64,000 nt of DNA from the NCBI GenBank assembly GCA_964016885.1, contig OZ024757.1, forward strand, positions 36,828,001-36,892,000, written 5' to 3'. Shown here piece after piece: positions 1 to 13,394 of this stretch. The notes beneath the pieces are model-generated. The model worked only from the letters and a program-made list of their open reading frames with translations. It had not been told where the DNA came from and searched no databases. Position 1 is the stretch's first letter; each line of letters opens with the position of its first letter. Source of the stretch: Eledone cirrhosa. Taxonomy: Eukaryota. The position numbers and the translations under genes are program-made.

Positions 1-84
1 CACTTGTGACAATTATTGACACATAGTGCTGGGCCCATGGTACCATGTGATGACAAGTGCAGAGAGATCTCCAGATATAAAGCA

Positions 85-475
85 ATGCCTGTGCCGTGAA
101 GCTTTTATAGTGAGCAAAGGCACTGCACAAAGCCAGTTCCACTCTCTTAACCAAGATGATATTTACCAAAAAGAACAAGTCAACATCATTGGATACCATT
201 AGGGTTACAGGCGTTATATCAGAGTTTTCCTTCTCCTAGAATTCTGCCTTGTCAAAGGCTAAGGGGTCATCTCTCCCTGTGATTTTGAATGGCCATTGAC
301 TCTTAAGAGCTCCTTTGCCCTTTGACAGGTTTTGTTTTTAGTCCTGCAGGATGTCCAAAGTCACCCCCCTCACCAAGAAACCTTGGAGGAGTTGCCAGTT
401 TAGTTGCCAACGACCCGACCATGAGACAGGTTGTACTGGGATACATGTTACCTGTAGTACCAACTGGTGACCTGA
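85..475 (-). mobile_element. RTE-type LINE 5' UTR-like fragment
   Basis: Reverse complement of 85-300 aligns to 55200-55428 (tagcctttg..ctaggagaagg..aactc..gatgttga..gcacaggcattgc). The CTAGGAGAAGGAAAACTC motif is recalled from RTE 5' UTRs. Confidence 0.5.
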
Positions 476-491
476 CATATATATATATAAT

Positions 492-845
492 GGAGGCACA
501 TGGCTTAGTGGTTAGAGCATTAGCCTTGCAATCGAAAGGTTGTGAGTTCAATTCTCAGACCGGATAATGTGCTGTTTCCTTGAGCAAGACACTTTATTTC
601 ACATTGCTCCAGTTTACTCAGCTGTAGAAATGAGATGATAGGGACTGGGGTCCATATCATTCCACTGCAAAGTGATCGTGGAAGTGCCACAACAAAAAAA
701 AAAAAAAGCACCCAGCACTCACTGTAAATGAGGTTGGGGTTAGGAAGGGCATCCAGCTGTAGAAATCAAGCCAGAATCAGTTCCCGTCCCACCCTTGCAA
801 GCAGGGAAAAAGCGGATCTAAAATAAAATGATGATGAATGATGAT
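492..845 (+). mobile_element. tRNA-derived SINE (CORE-like body) with RTE-derived 3' tail
   Basis: A-box TGGCTTAGTGG, B-box GAGTTCAATTC, CCTTGAGCAAGACACTT core; tail cccacccttgcaagcaggg..atgatgatg; many copies in the window. Confidence 0.8.
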
Positions 846-1411
846 ACATATATATACATACATATATGTCGAAACCAACCCAAACTCAGTTCTGTATTAG
901 CAAGGCATGGTCACCTGACGTAACATTGGCCAACTCATCTAACCCATGTTAGCATGGAAGAATGGACCTAAAACAGTGGTGATGATGATGATGATATATA
1001 TATATATATGTGTGTGTGTGTGTCTGTGTTGTAAACATTTTTCCTTAAATATAAGACAATTCTTTCAACTAAGGATGATATAGTATATATTTAATAAAAA
1101 ATCTCAACTTCAAAAGAAAAGTTATCTTAATAAACAAAGGTTGGCATTCTGTTTGAAAAGGAAACATCTGTTGCCTTCCCAAAATACATCGCAACCGCTC
1201 CCTGTAGGTTCATCCTTCATAAATTTATTAGGAAATGGTAAACAAGTCAGACTGACTTCACAACACATTCAATAAGTGTGTAAGTATTATCATTATTATT
1301 GGCATCCGTTGGTCTCGAGAGACCATGGATCTGTGCCTGGAGAATGTTGTGTGAGCTGCTGATGGTGGTGCAGTGTCAGCTGTGGCTGTACAGGGTAAGT
1401 CTTATCCTTAT

Positions 1412-1580
1412 TGGCAGTGGATTGGCAGTATCGGTAGAATGTAAGACACCATGCTTTGCAGCAGAGAGTTATGGCCCTTTACGTTCCGAGTTCAAATCCC
1501 ACCGAGGTTAACTTTGCCTTTCACCCTTACGGGGTCGATAAATAAAGCACCAGTAATGCGCTGGGATCGATTTAATCGAC
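1412..1580 (+). mobile_element. tRNA-derived SINE, second family (Meta-domain-like)
   Basis: ttggcagtatcggtaga..gagttcaaatccc..ctttgcctttca.cctt.cggggtcgataaa..taccagt; more than 15 full or partial copies in the window. Confidence 0.8.
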
Positions 1581-1889
1581 CCCCCCCACCCACCCACCCC
1601 CCAAAAAAAACATTGCTGTAGAAATTATTATTGGCATCCGCCGGTCTCAAAAGATCATGGATCTGCGTCTTGAGAATTTTGTGTCAGTTGGTGATGGTGG
1701 TGCACATAGTATCAGAACTGTGATCTCTCAATTCGGAGAAGTAGTGGCTCTACCTGGAGTGACTCTTCAAGCTACACACTTTATCCAGTAATGTTACTCC
1801 AAAGATCCTTCAGAGGGAAGCATGCCAGACCATGATTGCTCTAGACTATACAACCTTATTCTAGTCCATTGCATCATATATATATACAG

Positions 1890-2010
1890 GGTGAAGGTGT
1901 GTGGCTGAGTGGTTAGAGAATTGGATTCGCAATCGTAAGGTTGTGAGTTCGATTCCTGGACCAGGCGATGCGTTATGTCCTTGAGCAAGCCACTTTATTT
2001 CACGTTGCTC
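1890..2010 (+). mobile_element. tRNA-derived SINE (CORE-like)
   Basis: tggctgagtggttaga..gagttcgattcc..tccttgagcaag. Confidence 0.8.
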
Positions 2011-2120
2011 CTTCTACCTGGAGTTGCGACCGATAGATAGTATTAGCAATTGGAAAGACCAACGGAAACATTGTTCCCTCGGTCCGATTTGACGAAAGTC
2101 GATCGATCCTATTATATATA

Positions 2121-2332
2121 CAGGGTGACCACAAAAACACTCCTTGATTTCAAATACTTATAATATCAGAACTTAAATAAATATTCTTACAATATTGGTG
2201 GCTACAGTTGCATAAACTAACAAAGTTTCTTTCCTCATTTTCAGAATTGACTTGATCCACTACATGACAGTGTAATTCAAGATGGCGTTCACTCCATAAC
2301 AATGTAGCTGGTGTATTTTTGTGGTCACCCTG
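2121..2332. mobile_element. Tc1/mariner-type MITE
   Basis: TIRs CAGGGTGACCACAAAAA / TTTTTGTGGTCACCCTG flanked by TA on both sides. Confidence 0.85.
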
Positions 2333-2344
2333 TATTTCTCCATA

Positions 2345-2645
2345 TTCTACCATAACAGCACCATATTCTAGCTTTGAGTCCCCAATTCTATTGTACCAGC
2401 ACCATATTCTAGTCTATAGCTCCCTATTTTATCATACCAGCAAAATAATCTAGTCTATACCCCCCTATTTTATCGTACCAGCACCATATTCTAGTCTATA
2501 CCCCCCTATTTTATCGTCTATACCCCCCTATTTTATCGTACCAGCACCATATTCTAGTCTATAGCCCCCTATTTTATTATACCAGCACCATATGCTAGTC
2601 TATACCCCCTATTTTATCACAAAGCACCCTATTTTATCATAATAG
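2345..2645. repeat. Minisatellite, ~40-bp unit (ccagcaccatattctagtctataccccctattttatcgta)
   Basis: About 7 imperfect tandem copies. Confidence 0.85.
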
Positions 2646-2742
2646 CACTTGGGGGGGGGGGGGGTTAAAAGCTTTTTTTTTCTTTTAAATAAAAAAAGTG
2701 ACTTTATTTCTTTCTCGTTCTGTTCATACTTAAATAACCTCA

Positions 2743-3152
2743 CACCACTAACAACACCACTTATAACACCACCAACAACACCACCACCAATAACACCAAC
2801 AACAATATCAACAACGCAACCAACACCACCACCAACAACACCAACACCAAAACAACACCACTGCCAATAACACCACCAACACCACTGCCAATAACACCAC
2901 CACCAACAACACCACCACCACCAACACTACCACCACCAACACCACCAACACTACCACCACCAACACCACCAACAACAACAACACCACCACCACCACCACC
3001 AATACTACCACCAACACCACCACCAACAACAACACCACCACCACCAACACTACCACCAACAACACCACCACCAACACTACCACCAACAACACCACCACCA
3101 ACAACAACAGCACCAACAGCACCAACAGCACCAACACCAACACCACCACCAA
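2743..3152. repeat. (CCA/CAA)n low-complexity tract
   Basis: Seen directly. Confidence 0.95.
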
Positions 3153-3703
3153 ACAGTGGCATTGAAATCTTTAGAATTGGATAACACTTCTATTTTATTT
3201 ATATTTACATTTATTTTATATTTATTTCTAATTGGTTTGGTTTTGTTTTAATTTTCTTCACCACTTTGTACTTAAAGAGAAGACGGACTAATGATATGGT
3301 TTGGTATGCTGACATACTAAGAATGAATTGTCTTTATAATTGATATGAAGTCTCAGTACACATGGAGAAGGTGTTAGTCATTAAATAGATCACTGGAAAA
3401 CATTCACCTGTTGACTATTTGGCATGTTAAGTAAGTATCAACTGGAGGAGAGATTTGGGGGGGTTCTTTTTTTGTTTTGTTTTGTTTTGGGGGATAAGGG
3501 GAGGTGGGTGGTGGTGGGTGTTTTTTTGTTGTTTGTTTGTTTTATAAAAGACACCTGTGAGTACCTGTGATTGCAAGAACAAACAAACAAAAAAAAACAA
3601 TAACACAACAACAACAATTTAATAATGGTAGTGAATGAGTAAGAAGGAAACTGCAGACACATGAATTACCCAACATTTTTTTATAATTTGCTTTTTTCTT
3701 ATG

Positions 3704-3706
3704 GTA

Positions 3707-3799
<93 letters not shown>

Positions 3800-3952
3800 A
3801 TGTATATATGTATATATGTATATATATATGTATATGTATATATATATATGTATATATGTATATATATATATGTATATATGTATATATATAAGTATATATA
3901 TATATATATGTATATATATAAGTATATATATATGTATATATATAAGTATATA

Positions 3953-4040
<88 letters not shown>

Positions 4041-4126
4041 TATATATATACACATATATATACATATAAATATATATATATATATATGTATATATAAATA
4101 TATATATGTATATATATATAAATATA

Positions 4127-4160
<34 letters not shown>
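3704..4160. repeat. Long (TA)n microsatellite
   Basis: Seen directly; one of dozens of (TA)n tracts. Confidence 0.97.
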
Positions 4161-4164
<4 letters not shown>

Positions 4165-4606
4165 ATTTATTTTTTTATACTTTGCATCTTTCATATTGTA
4201 TATATATATTCTTTTTATTTTCTGTCACCAGAATTTGGAGTAGCAAAAAAATAAAAAATAAAAAAAGTCACCCAAAGAACACCCCCCCCCCCCCCACACA
4301 CCTCCAAAAAAATAACAAGCAATTTCAAAGTGAGAGTATTTTCTTTTCTTTTGAAAGAATATATTTAAGATAATTTTTACCTTTCTCTACTAGTACTAGT
4401 ACTACTACCACCAACACCACCACTACTACCACCACCACCACTACCACTACCAATACAACCACCACTACCACCACCACCACCACTTCCACTACAACCACCG
4501 ACACCAATACAGCCACTACTACCACCACCACCACCACCACCACCACTATAGAGCTATTTAGAAAAAAACACACGCATGTATGCATGCACATACACACATA
4601 CATACT

Positions 4607-4715
<109 letters not shown>

Positions 4716-4937
4716 ATATGTATATATACACACATACATATATATACATACATACAAATAACAAAAACCCCAAACTCAATCTCAAGAACTTCTCTAACCC
4801 ACATTACTTCCTCTATATATTTATATGTTTGATATTTAAGTTATTCCAAACAGTTTAGTAAATTAACAAGAAACAGATACTTGAGAACATTTTACAAATT
4901 ACTATTGTCTTGTGTTTATTTTTTATTGTTTTGGTTG

Positions 4938-5320
4938 GAGGTGAGTGGCCTAGTGGTAAGGGTGTTGGACTTACAGTCATAATGTCGTGGGTTTGATTCC
5001 TGGGCTGGGTTGCGTTGTATGTGAAGACATGTGGCCTAGTGGTAAGGGTGTTGGACTTATGATATGATCACAATGTTCGATTTCTGGGCTGGGTTGAGTT
5101 GTGTGTGAAGACATGACAATCATAATGTTGTGGCTTTGATTCCTGGGTTGGGTTGTATGAAGACATGTGGCCTTGTGGTAAGGGTGTTGGACTTACAATC
5201 ATAATGTTGTGGGTTCGATTCCTGGGCTGAGATATGTGATGTGCTCTTGAGCAAAACACTTCATTTCACATTGCTCCAGTATACTCAGAGTACCAGTAAT
5301 AGCTGGGGGTTTAACCCTTC
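4938..5320 (+). mobile_element. Tandemly repeated SINE heads
   Basis: tggcctagtggtaagggtgttggactta..cctgggctgggttg repeated about 4 times, then the CORE-like body. Confidence 0.8.
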
Positions 5321-5498
5321 TTCTAAACACAGACACAATGGAACTAACCAAATTTGTCTCATGTAAACTCACAGTTGGAACATCACTAAGACATTACCTC
5401 TATCTATCAATCTATTTATCTCATCTACCTACCTATCTATCTATCTGTCCATCTATCTACCTTATCTATCTGTCTATCTACATCAATTTATCTATCTA

Positions 5499-5763
5499 GG
5501 GCCTTCTCTCTATATCAGCCAGTAGGTTGAGAAAAAAGAGGCGGAGAGAAAAGGGGTACAAACTCTTCATACTCCTGGAGATGAGGGTTGCATATTTTTT
5601 TCGGGGGTATGTGTTACTCATATGTAATGTCTCCCCCTATTGGGGAAAATCGATTAACTTTTAAATTGTATTTGTGATAGTATTTTACACATTTTTATTG
5701 TATGTAAACTTCCCCCTTTCTATTTGTCCCCTTCTTTTGTGCCCCTGTGGCTAATAAAGAAAC
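5499..5763 (+). mobile_element. Tx1/L1-clade LINE 3' end inside (TATC)n
   Basis: Homologous to 8485-8747 (gggccttctct..taggttgag..gagggttgc..tgtggctaataaagaaa); flanked by (TATC)n. Confidence 0.75.
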
Positions 5764-6336
5764 ATATCTATCTATTTATCTATGTATTTTCCTACCTACT
5801 TCACTCTCTCTCTCTATTATATATATATATATATTGTGTATATAGATATATATATATATATATATACAGATATATCATCATCATCATCATCATCATCATC
5901 ATCGTTTAACGTCCATGTTCCACGCTTTATATGCTAGCGTGGAAGAACGGACGTAAAACGGTGATGATGATGATGATGATGACACACACACACATATATA
6001 TATGTATACACACACACACGTGCGCACATGCATATATATATATAAACTATTCTTACATCCTTCTACCACACAACACCATCTCCTTGCTATTTATTATTAA
6101 CCATTCTTCAAGTTTCTAACTCTCTCTCAGATATTTATTCCAGCCAATTTTATATCCTACTCCAGTTATTAAGCATTCTTTAAGTCTGTAATCTCTTCAG
6201 AATATATCTTAACCTTTTTTACATCCTACATCATTATGTCAGCATATCTTTATCATTTGCTTAAACCATTCTTACACGCTTCTCTTCAAGTCAGCATTTC
6301 TCTGGTATTTATTACCTCTACCATTCTTCTATCCCG

Positions 6337-7395
6337 TGAAGGTACATGGCTTATTGGTTAGGGAGGATGTTGAGCTCGCAACCACAATTACAAAGGTAGT
6401 GAGTTCAATTCCTAGACCAGGCAGCACATTGTGACATTGTATCCTTGAGCAAAACACTTTATTTCATGTTGCTCCTTTCCACTATGTTCTGAGGTGTGTG
6501 GCCAAGAAGCAGATGTGTTGCACTTATGATCATAATGTCATGGGTTTGATTCCAGGACTGGATTCTGCGTTGTGTTCTTGAGCAAAACACTTTATTTCAT
6601 GTTGCTCCATTCCACTAAGTGGAGTGGTGTAGTGTGGCCTTACCTCTAGGCCACACCACTCCACTTAGTGGAATGGAGCAACATGAAATAAAGTGTTTTG
6701 CTCAAGAACACAACGCAGAATCCAGTCCTGGAATCAAACCCATGACAGTGCAACACATCTGCTTCTTGTTGCACTTATAAATAAACACTTCATAGAAGAT
6801 CACAATAAATATATTAACAGTTTATAGAAGGGTATAATAATATGATCATAATGTTGTGGGTTAGATTCCTGGACTGGGTAGTGTGTTGTGTTCTTCACCA
6901 AAACACTTTATTTTATGTTGCTCCATTTCACTAAGTGGAGGCACATGGCCTAGTGGTAAGTGTTTCGGATTTACAATCATAATGCCATGGGTTTGATTCA
7001 AGGACTGGATTGTATGTTGTGTTCTTGAGCAAAACACTTTATTTCATGATGCTCCATTCCACTAAGGTATGTGGCATAGAGGCAAACATGTTGCACTTAT
7101 GATCATAATGTCGTGGGTTTGATTCCTGGACTGGGTCATATGTTGTATTCTTCAGCAAAACACTTTATTTTATGTTGCTCCAGTATATTCAGCTGAAAAA
7201 TGAGTACAAGCAGTAGCTGGGGGTTTAAACCTACGATAGACTGGCATCCTGTCGCAACTCATTTCTACAGCTGAGTGAACTGAAGCAATGTGAAATAAAG
7301 TGTCTTGTTTAAGGACACAATACATCACCCGGTCCGAGAATTGAACTGACAACCTTACGATTGTGAGCTCAACGCTCTAACCACTAAGCTACACA
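6337..7395. mobile_element. SINE cluster with tandem and inverted copies
   Basis: Repeated ttcttgagcaaaacactttatttcatgttgctcc; inverted copies at 6648-6768 and about 7255-7395. Confidence 0.8.
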
Positions 7396-7764
7396 CCACC
7401 ACTATTACTCCGACCCCCCACCCCCACCCCCACCACTTATACAATGCTGTTATTTACACTCCATTCACTGAGCTGAACTGAGTTCAGTGTGTGTAAAGGA
7501 TGACTGAGTCAGGTCTGTAATTTACAGTGACATGATATGACATGGCGGATCTGATGATGTATTATTTGGTTCTACTGAACACAAACACAAACACATACTA
7601 ACACATACATACACACACACACACACACATATATACATACACACACACACACACATATATATATACACACACACATACACACATATATATATACATATAT
7701 ATATATATAGGTAAGTAAATTGATAGATAGATATAATCATATATATATATCAGCATCATCGAGG

Positions 7765-7883
7765 GAGGAGGAGGAGGAGGAGGAGGAGAAGGAGAAGAAG
7801 AAGAAGAAGAAGAAGAAGAAGAAGAAGAAGAAGAAGAAGAAGAAGAAGAACAACAACAACAACAACAACAATAACAACAACAG
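7765..7883. repeat. (GAG)n(AAG)n(AAC)n compound microsatellite
   Basis: Seen directly. Confidence 0.95.
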
Positions 7884-7984
7884 CTAATTGTTTAGAAACC
7901 TAACACCAACAAAAATTACATAAAAAATGTGAAGAAAGTCTTTTATTTATCTATCTATTTATCTATCTATTTATCTATCTATTT

Positions 7985-8512
7985 ATGGACAACTTCCAGA
8001 GGTCCCTGGCCTGGCAGTGCTACCGAGGAGCTCTACCGGTTCGTGACAAGATCTACAGGCACGGATGCCCTGGCAGGGATCCTTCCAAGAGGACGTGTCC
8101 AAGATGTGCGCAGGACATTGAAACAGTTCTGCACGCAATTGTACACTGCCCGGGCGTAAGCGACCTGTGGAACTATGCAGAACAACTGCTGTCGCGTATG
8201 GGACAAATACAGTTGACTGCCGAGTCCATAGTAAGGATCAAACCGCCAGACTCTTTCAAAAACGAAAGAGAGGCGGTTTTCCTCTGTACGGTGGCTATGG
8301 TGAAAGAAGTTATATGGTGGACGAGGTTGAGAGGACTGAGGACAGATGCCTTTCTCTCCGGACAACAATTGATTCCCTTCTTTAAGTATCACTTTAGAAG
8401 GAGAATCAGGGTGGAGAGAGAGGCACTGCACCCCAGTAAATTTACTGAAAGGTGGGTGAATGAAGCGAAAATGGCCCGAGTGATTGGGCCTTCTCTGTTT
8501 ATAAGCCTGTAG
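7985..8512 (+). pseudogene. Retrotransposon ORF2 C-terminal CCHC zinc-finger fragment (175 aa, uninterrupted)
   Basis: ORF track: ...RTCPRCAQDIETVLHAIVHCPGVSDLW...IWWTR; no RT core upstream. Confidence 0.8.
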
Positions 8513-8747
8513 GTTGAGGAAGAGAGCAAAAGGAAGAAAGGAGCACTTGCACAACACGCTCCTTGAGTTGAGGGTTGCTCTATCGACGGGGTATTAAACA
8601 ACCCATTTGTGGCGCCTCCCCCCTATTGGGGATTTCGATTGTTGAAATTGTTTGTTTTTATATTTTTTACACGACTGTATGTAAAATCCCCGGCATGTCT
8701 TTGTATTGTCCCCTTTCTTGTTGCGCCCTTGTGGCTAATAAAGAAAT
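7985..8747 (+). mobile_element. 5'-truncated Tx1/L1-clade non-LTR retrotransposon (ORF2 C-terminus plus 3' UTR)
   Basis: Open frame 7985-8512 with zf-RVT-like W..YRGALPVR..CPRC..ET..H....C (CCHC); 3' UTR ends AATAAAGAAA; (TATC)n on both sides. Confidence 0.88.
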
Positions 8748-9370
8748 CTATCTATCTATCTATTTATTTATCTATCTATCTATCTATTTATCTATCTATC
8801 TATTTATCTATCTATCTATTTATCTATCTATTTATCTATCTATTTATCTATCTATTTATTTATCTATCTATTTATTTATCTATTTATTTATTTATCTATC
8901 TATTTATCTATCTATTCATTTCTTCATTTCATCATCATCATCAGCATTATTATTATCATTATTAATATTATTATTATTAGTAGTATCTCTCTATTTATTT
9001 ATTTATCTCCCCCTCTAGCGTAGGTACCGCTACTGAAATAGAACCACCGTATGGCTTCTATTTTAAAACTTCAGTTTCAATATATGAAGCCAAAAACACA
9101 AAAAAATTTTTAAATTTTCAACAAGAAAACCTACAACAGATTCCCAGAACAGATAACCTATACACTACGTCACTAACCAATGTACCAAACAGAAGAAATA
9201 CTAAAATAACTAAACATTTATTTCTAGTTTTGTTTGTGTATTTATCTTATATATATATGTGTGTGTGTGCGTTTGTGTGTGATATATATATATATATAGG
9301 TTTATATATGTCTATGTATATATATATATAGGTATATATATGTCTATGTATATATATATATATATATATA

Positions 9371-9408
<38 letters not shown>

Positions 9409-9463
9409 AGGAGATATATATATATATTTATGTCTTATATATATATATAAATATATGTATATA

Positions 9464-9497
<34 letters not shown>

Positions 9498-10182
9498 GTA
9501 TATATATGTATATGTGTGTGTGTATGTGTATATATGTGTGTATGTGTATATATATATATATATATTCTTTTTCCATCTATTGGAGTATATAAACTTTAAT
9601 CTCCAGAAAGCTGCAGCAAAGAAAGAGTATAAAGAATTTTATAAAGATATCAGGATGTGTATGGTGGGGATGAGGGTATAGAGTATGTGGGGCGAAGGTA
9701 TGGGGTGTAAGTGGTTGGTAAGTAATAAAATAAAATGTTATAGGGTTAAAAAATATATTTGGATAGTGTGAGCTAACTTTTATTTCTCTGATAAGAGAAA
9801 TTTAGATGTAAGGTCGTTAATCAATCTTGTTTATGCGTGAAATTAAATAAGACTATCAGAAGTTAATTGCATTAGAAAAAAACATAAACGAGAAGCCCTC
9901 ACACACACAAAAAAACAAGGATTGACAGATGTACTGTATGATTAAAGGAGTCTGTTTCACCACATGGTTTCAGGTTTCAGTCCAATTGCACAGTACTTTT
10001 GAGCAAGTGTTTTCTATTGTAGCTATGGGTTGGCCAACAACAGACACACACACACACCATCATCATTTTCTACGCTAGCATGGGTTAGACGGGTTGTCCC
10101 ATTAGAGGCAAGTCAGGTCAGGTGACCATGTCTTACTCATATAGAAATGTGAGAGAGAGAGAGATTGCCAGAAAGTATTTAA

Positions 10183-10406
10183 CCCTTTAGCATTCACATT
10201 GCTCTATATATACTATTGTATTTTCACAGAAAAGGCTTTACCTCACATACCTCACATAATTGTCTCACATAATATCAAATCTACGAGATTTTGATATTTA
10301 TTTTGAGAACTATGCCTTATCAGTATGAGTTGCCAGTTATGGCCAGTTTGAACAGAAAGAGGTCAGGGAATGCTGGCTGGATATGGCCGGTTTAAATGCT
10401 CAAGGA
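10183..10406 (-). mobile_element. piggyBac-type MITE (TTAA TSD)
   Basis: ttaa-CCCTTTAGCATT...AATGCTCAAGGA-ttaa. Confidence 0.8.
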
Positions 10407-10551
10407 TTAAGGAAGATGTGGTCACCCAGCCCATCTGAGATGTCAGTAGCTCTGATTAAGTACTGACAAGTTCTGTGATAATCTATCCAAGACATGCAGC
10501 ATGGAAAACTGACATAAACCTATGATGATGAAGATGATGATATATATGTAT

Positions 10552-10621
<70 letters not shown>

Positions 10622-11125
10622 TGTGTATTTATGTCCCATAACATGGCAGTTCCACTAATAAATGTTATAGATTGATAAAGTAAGTTAAAAATTGACTAAA
10701 TCAAAGCAGTGTCCCAGCATGGCCACAGTCTAATAAATGGAACTGTTGAAAGGACAAAGGAATAAAAGAACAGAAAGGAAAGCAAAAGGAATGAACTTAG
10801 TAAATATAAACAAGAATAAACAGAGAGGTGGTTGTTGATTAGGATTGAGGAAGGTTGACTATCAAAACAACATATATATATATATATATGTATGTATATA
10901 TATATATACATATATATATGTATATATGTATGTATATATATATACAGACATATGTATGTATATAAAATGGAAGGAAGTAGCAAATGTTTTCAAACTTTAG
11001 ATTCCAAATTTAGGAACCAGATAACAATAACAGGGAAATAAACAGCAATTCTTCTTCTTGAGTTTGAGAAAATATTTCACGTGATCCTATGTGGTTTATA
11101 TAACAATTTACTAGTGTATGTATGT

Positions 11126-11196
<71 letters not shown>

Positions 11197-11296
11197 CAGT
11201 CCTATGCGAGCAAGACAACCACTCTTGCCTCAAGTGGGAAAACCCCCGTCCAAACCCATGCAAGCGTGGAACACGGACGCTAAACCTTGATGATGA

Positions 11297-11340
<44 letters not shown>

Positions 11341-11801
11341 TAATAACAGTTTTGTTATTATTGGATATAAACTTTACCAGAGGGTTTAACCCTTTAGTAT
11401 TTAAACTGGCCATATCTGGCCAGATTTCTGTCACCTCTTTCTGTTCAAACTGGCTGTAACTAGCCACTCATACTAATGTATTGTTTTCAAAATAAATAAT
11501 ATCAAAATCTCATAGACTCGATATTATGTGAGCTAAAGACTTTACCATGAAAATATAATAGTAACTATAGATTAATTGTTTCTACTTTTGGCACAAGACC
11601 AGCAATTACTGGTACTTTATTTTATTGACCCTGTAAGGATGAAAGGCAAAGTTTCAGCTGATAGAGCTTCATCCCAAGGATCAGAAACTTTTCCCCCAAA
11701 AAATTAATATCTAAATTTTCTTATGTTTTTATACTGCGACCTCCGGGAATAGGCTCAAAATTTATTTTCATAAGTTATCAGCTTATATATAGATTGATTA
11801 A

Positions 11802-12196
11802 CCCTTTAGCATTTAAACTGGCCATATCCGGCCAGAATTATCTCATCTCTTTCTGTTCAAACCAGCCATAAACAGCCCTTCATACTGATGTTAAGGTATT
11901 GTTCTCAAAATAAATAATATTACAATCTCATAGATTCAATATTGTGTGAAGTAGAGGAAGACCACAAAAAACATGGGCGGGGGTGGTGAGAGCAGACCTG
12001 AGATTGCTGAAGCTCACGGAGGAGATAACGAAGGACTGTGACAAGTAGAGTGATGCTGTGCTGAATAGGACCCGTCCCACCCTTGCAAGCAGAGAAAGTG
12101 GACGTAAAAGGATGATGATGATGATGAATTATGTGAGCTAAAGCCTTTACCATTAAAATACAATAGTAAATATAGAGTAATGGAAATGATAAAGGG
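11802..12196 (+). mobile_element. piggyBac-type MITE carrying an RTE 3' fragment (~11951-12126)
   Basis: TTAA-flanked CCCTTTAGCATTT TIR; insert encodes RGRPQKTW..VVRADL and ends in (ATG)n. Confidence 0.8.
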
Positions 12197-12242
12197 TTAA
12201 GAGAGCAGAAATATTATATTATTTTATTATTTATGTTCATAA

Positions 12243-12470
12243 GGGCAGTGGATTGAGTGGATTGGCAGTATCGGTAGAAGGTCGGATACCATGCTTTGCA
12301 GCATAGAGTTACGGCCCTTTGCAGTCCGAGTTCAAATCTCGCCGAGGTTAACTTTGCCTTTCATCCTTACGAGTTCGATAAAATAAAGTACCAGTCATGC
12401 ACTGGGGTCGATTTCATTGACTTTCCCCTCCCTTCAAAATTACTGGTCCTGTGCCTATACTGGAAATCCT
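12243..12470 (+). mobile_element. SINE (Meta-domain-like family)
   Basis: Same family as 1412-1580. Confidence 0.8.
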
Positions 12471-13009
12471 TATTTATGTTCATACATGTAACAAAAGCAC
12501 TACCCAAGGTTTCAAAGCTCAAATTTCACCATAGCTCCAGTAAACTAGAGGCATCAAAATAGGGCTAATACGAAATAATTTTATTTGGGCACATAACTAG
12601 GATAAGCAGGGATAGTGGGTACATATTGTGTGACCAGCCTAGAATGCTAAATACCCAGGGCGCTGGCTTTGCTCACCCACATGCAAAATTACATCTGCTT
12701 CAAATTTGCAGTTACATACAAATGAAGTTCTTTGAACTTATACAATAGAAATAAATAAAAAACAACAGCAACAACAAGAACAATAACACTGTTTTGGTTT
12801 TTAGTGTAAACCTCAAGACGAAAACAATAATTTAATATACTAAGTTGCTCTTACAACACTCCAAAAGACTATTTAAAGTACTGTAACTACCTGTTTAATT
12901 GATGCAATTAATGTTGCTTAGTGTGATAACAGGTATACCTGCTAATTAGTTAAATAAGAAATTCATCATATGTCTATCAGTGCAGGTGGATCTTTATACA
13001 TAGACCTGT

Positions 13010-13370
13010 CAAAACCTGGAATTAGGCCCAGGTGATATGTGAAATGTAGGGCCTACCACACCTGGTATTAGGCCCAGGTGAAATGTAACACCCTATGAAA
13101 CTTGGTATTAGGCCCAGGTGAGATGTGAAATGTAGCACCCTATGAAACTTGGTATTAGGCCCAGGTGAAATATGAAATGTAGCCCCTACCAAACCTGGTA
13201 TTAGGACTAGGCCAGATAGCATATATAAGCACCACCCCAAGCTGATAGGTAAAAGGCCCAGGTCAAATATCAAATGTAGGGCCCTATCAAATCTGGTAAT
13301 AGTGCCAGGCCAGATGTGAAATATAAGCCCTACCCACCAAGCAAGTACTAGGCCCATGCCAGAGGTGAAA
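13010..13370. repeat. Minisatellite, ~45-bp unit (ctggtattaggcccaggtgaaatgt..)
   Basis: About 8 degenerate copies. Confidence 0.8.
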
Positions 13371-13394
13371 TATAGATCATAACAAAGCTGTAAT

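Noticed and set aside
1890-1970. tRNA gene
   Set aside because: A and B boxes run into a SINE body and no acceptor stem closes; SINE head.
9570-9880. Possible Penelope ORF 3' remnant
   Set aside because: No convincing GIY-YIG or RT motif by hand translation.
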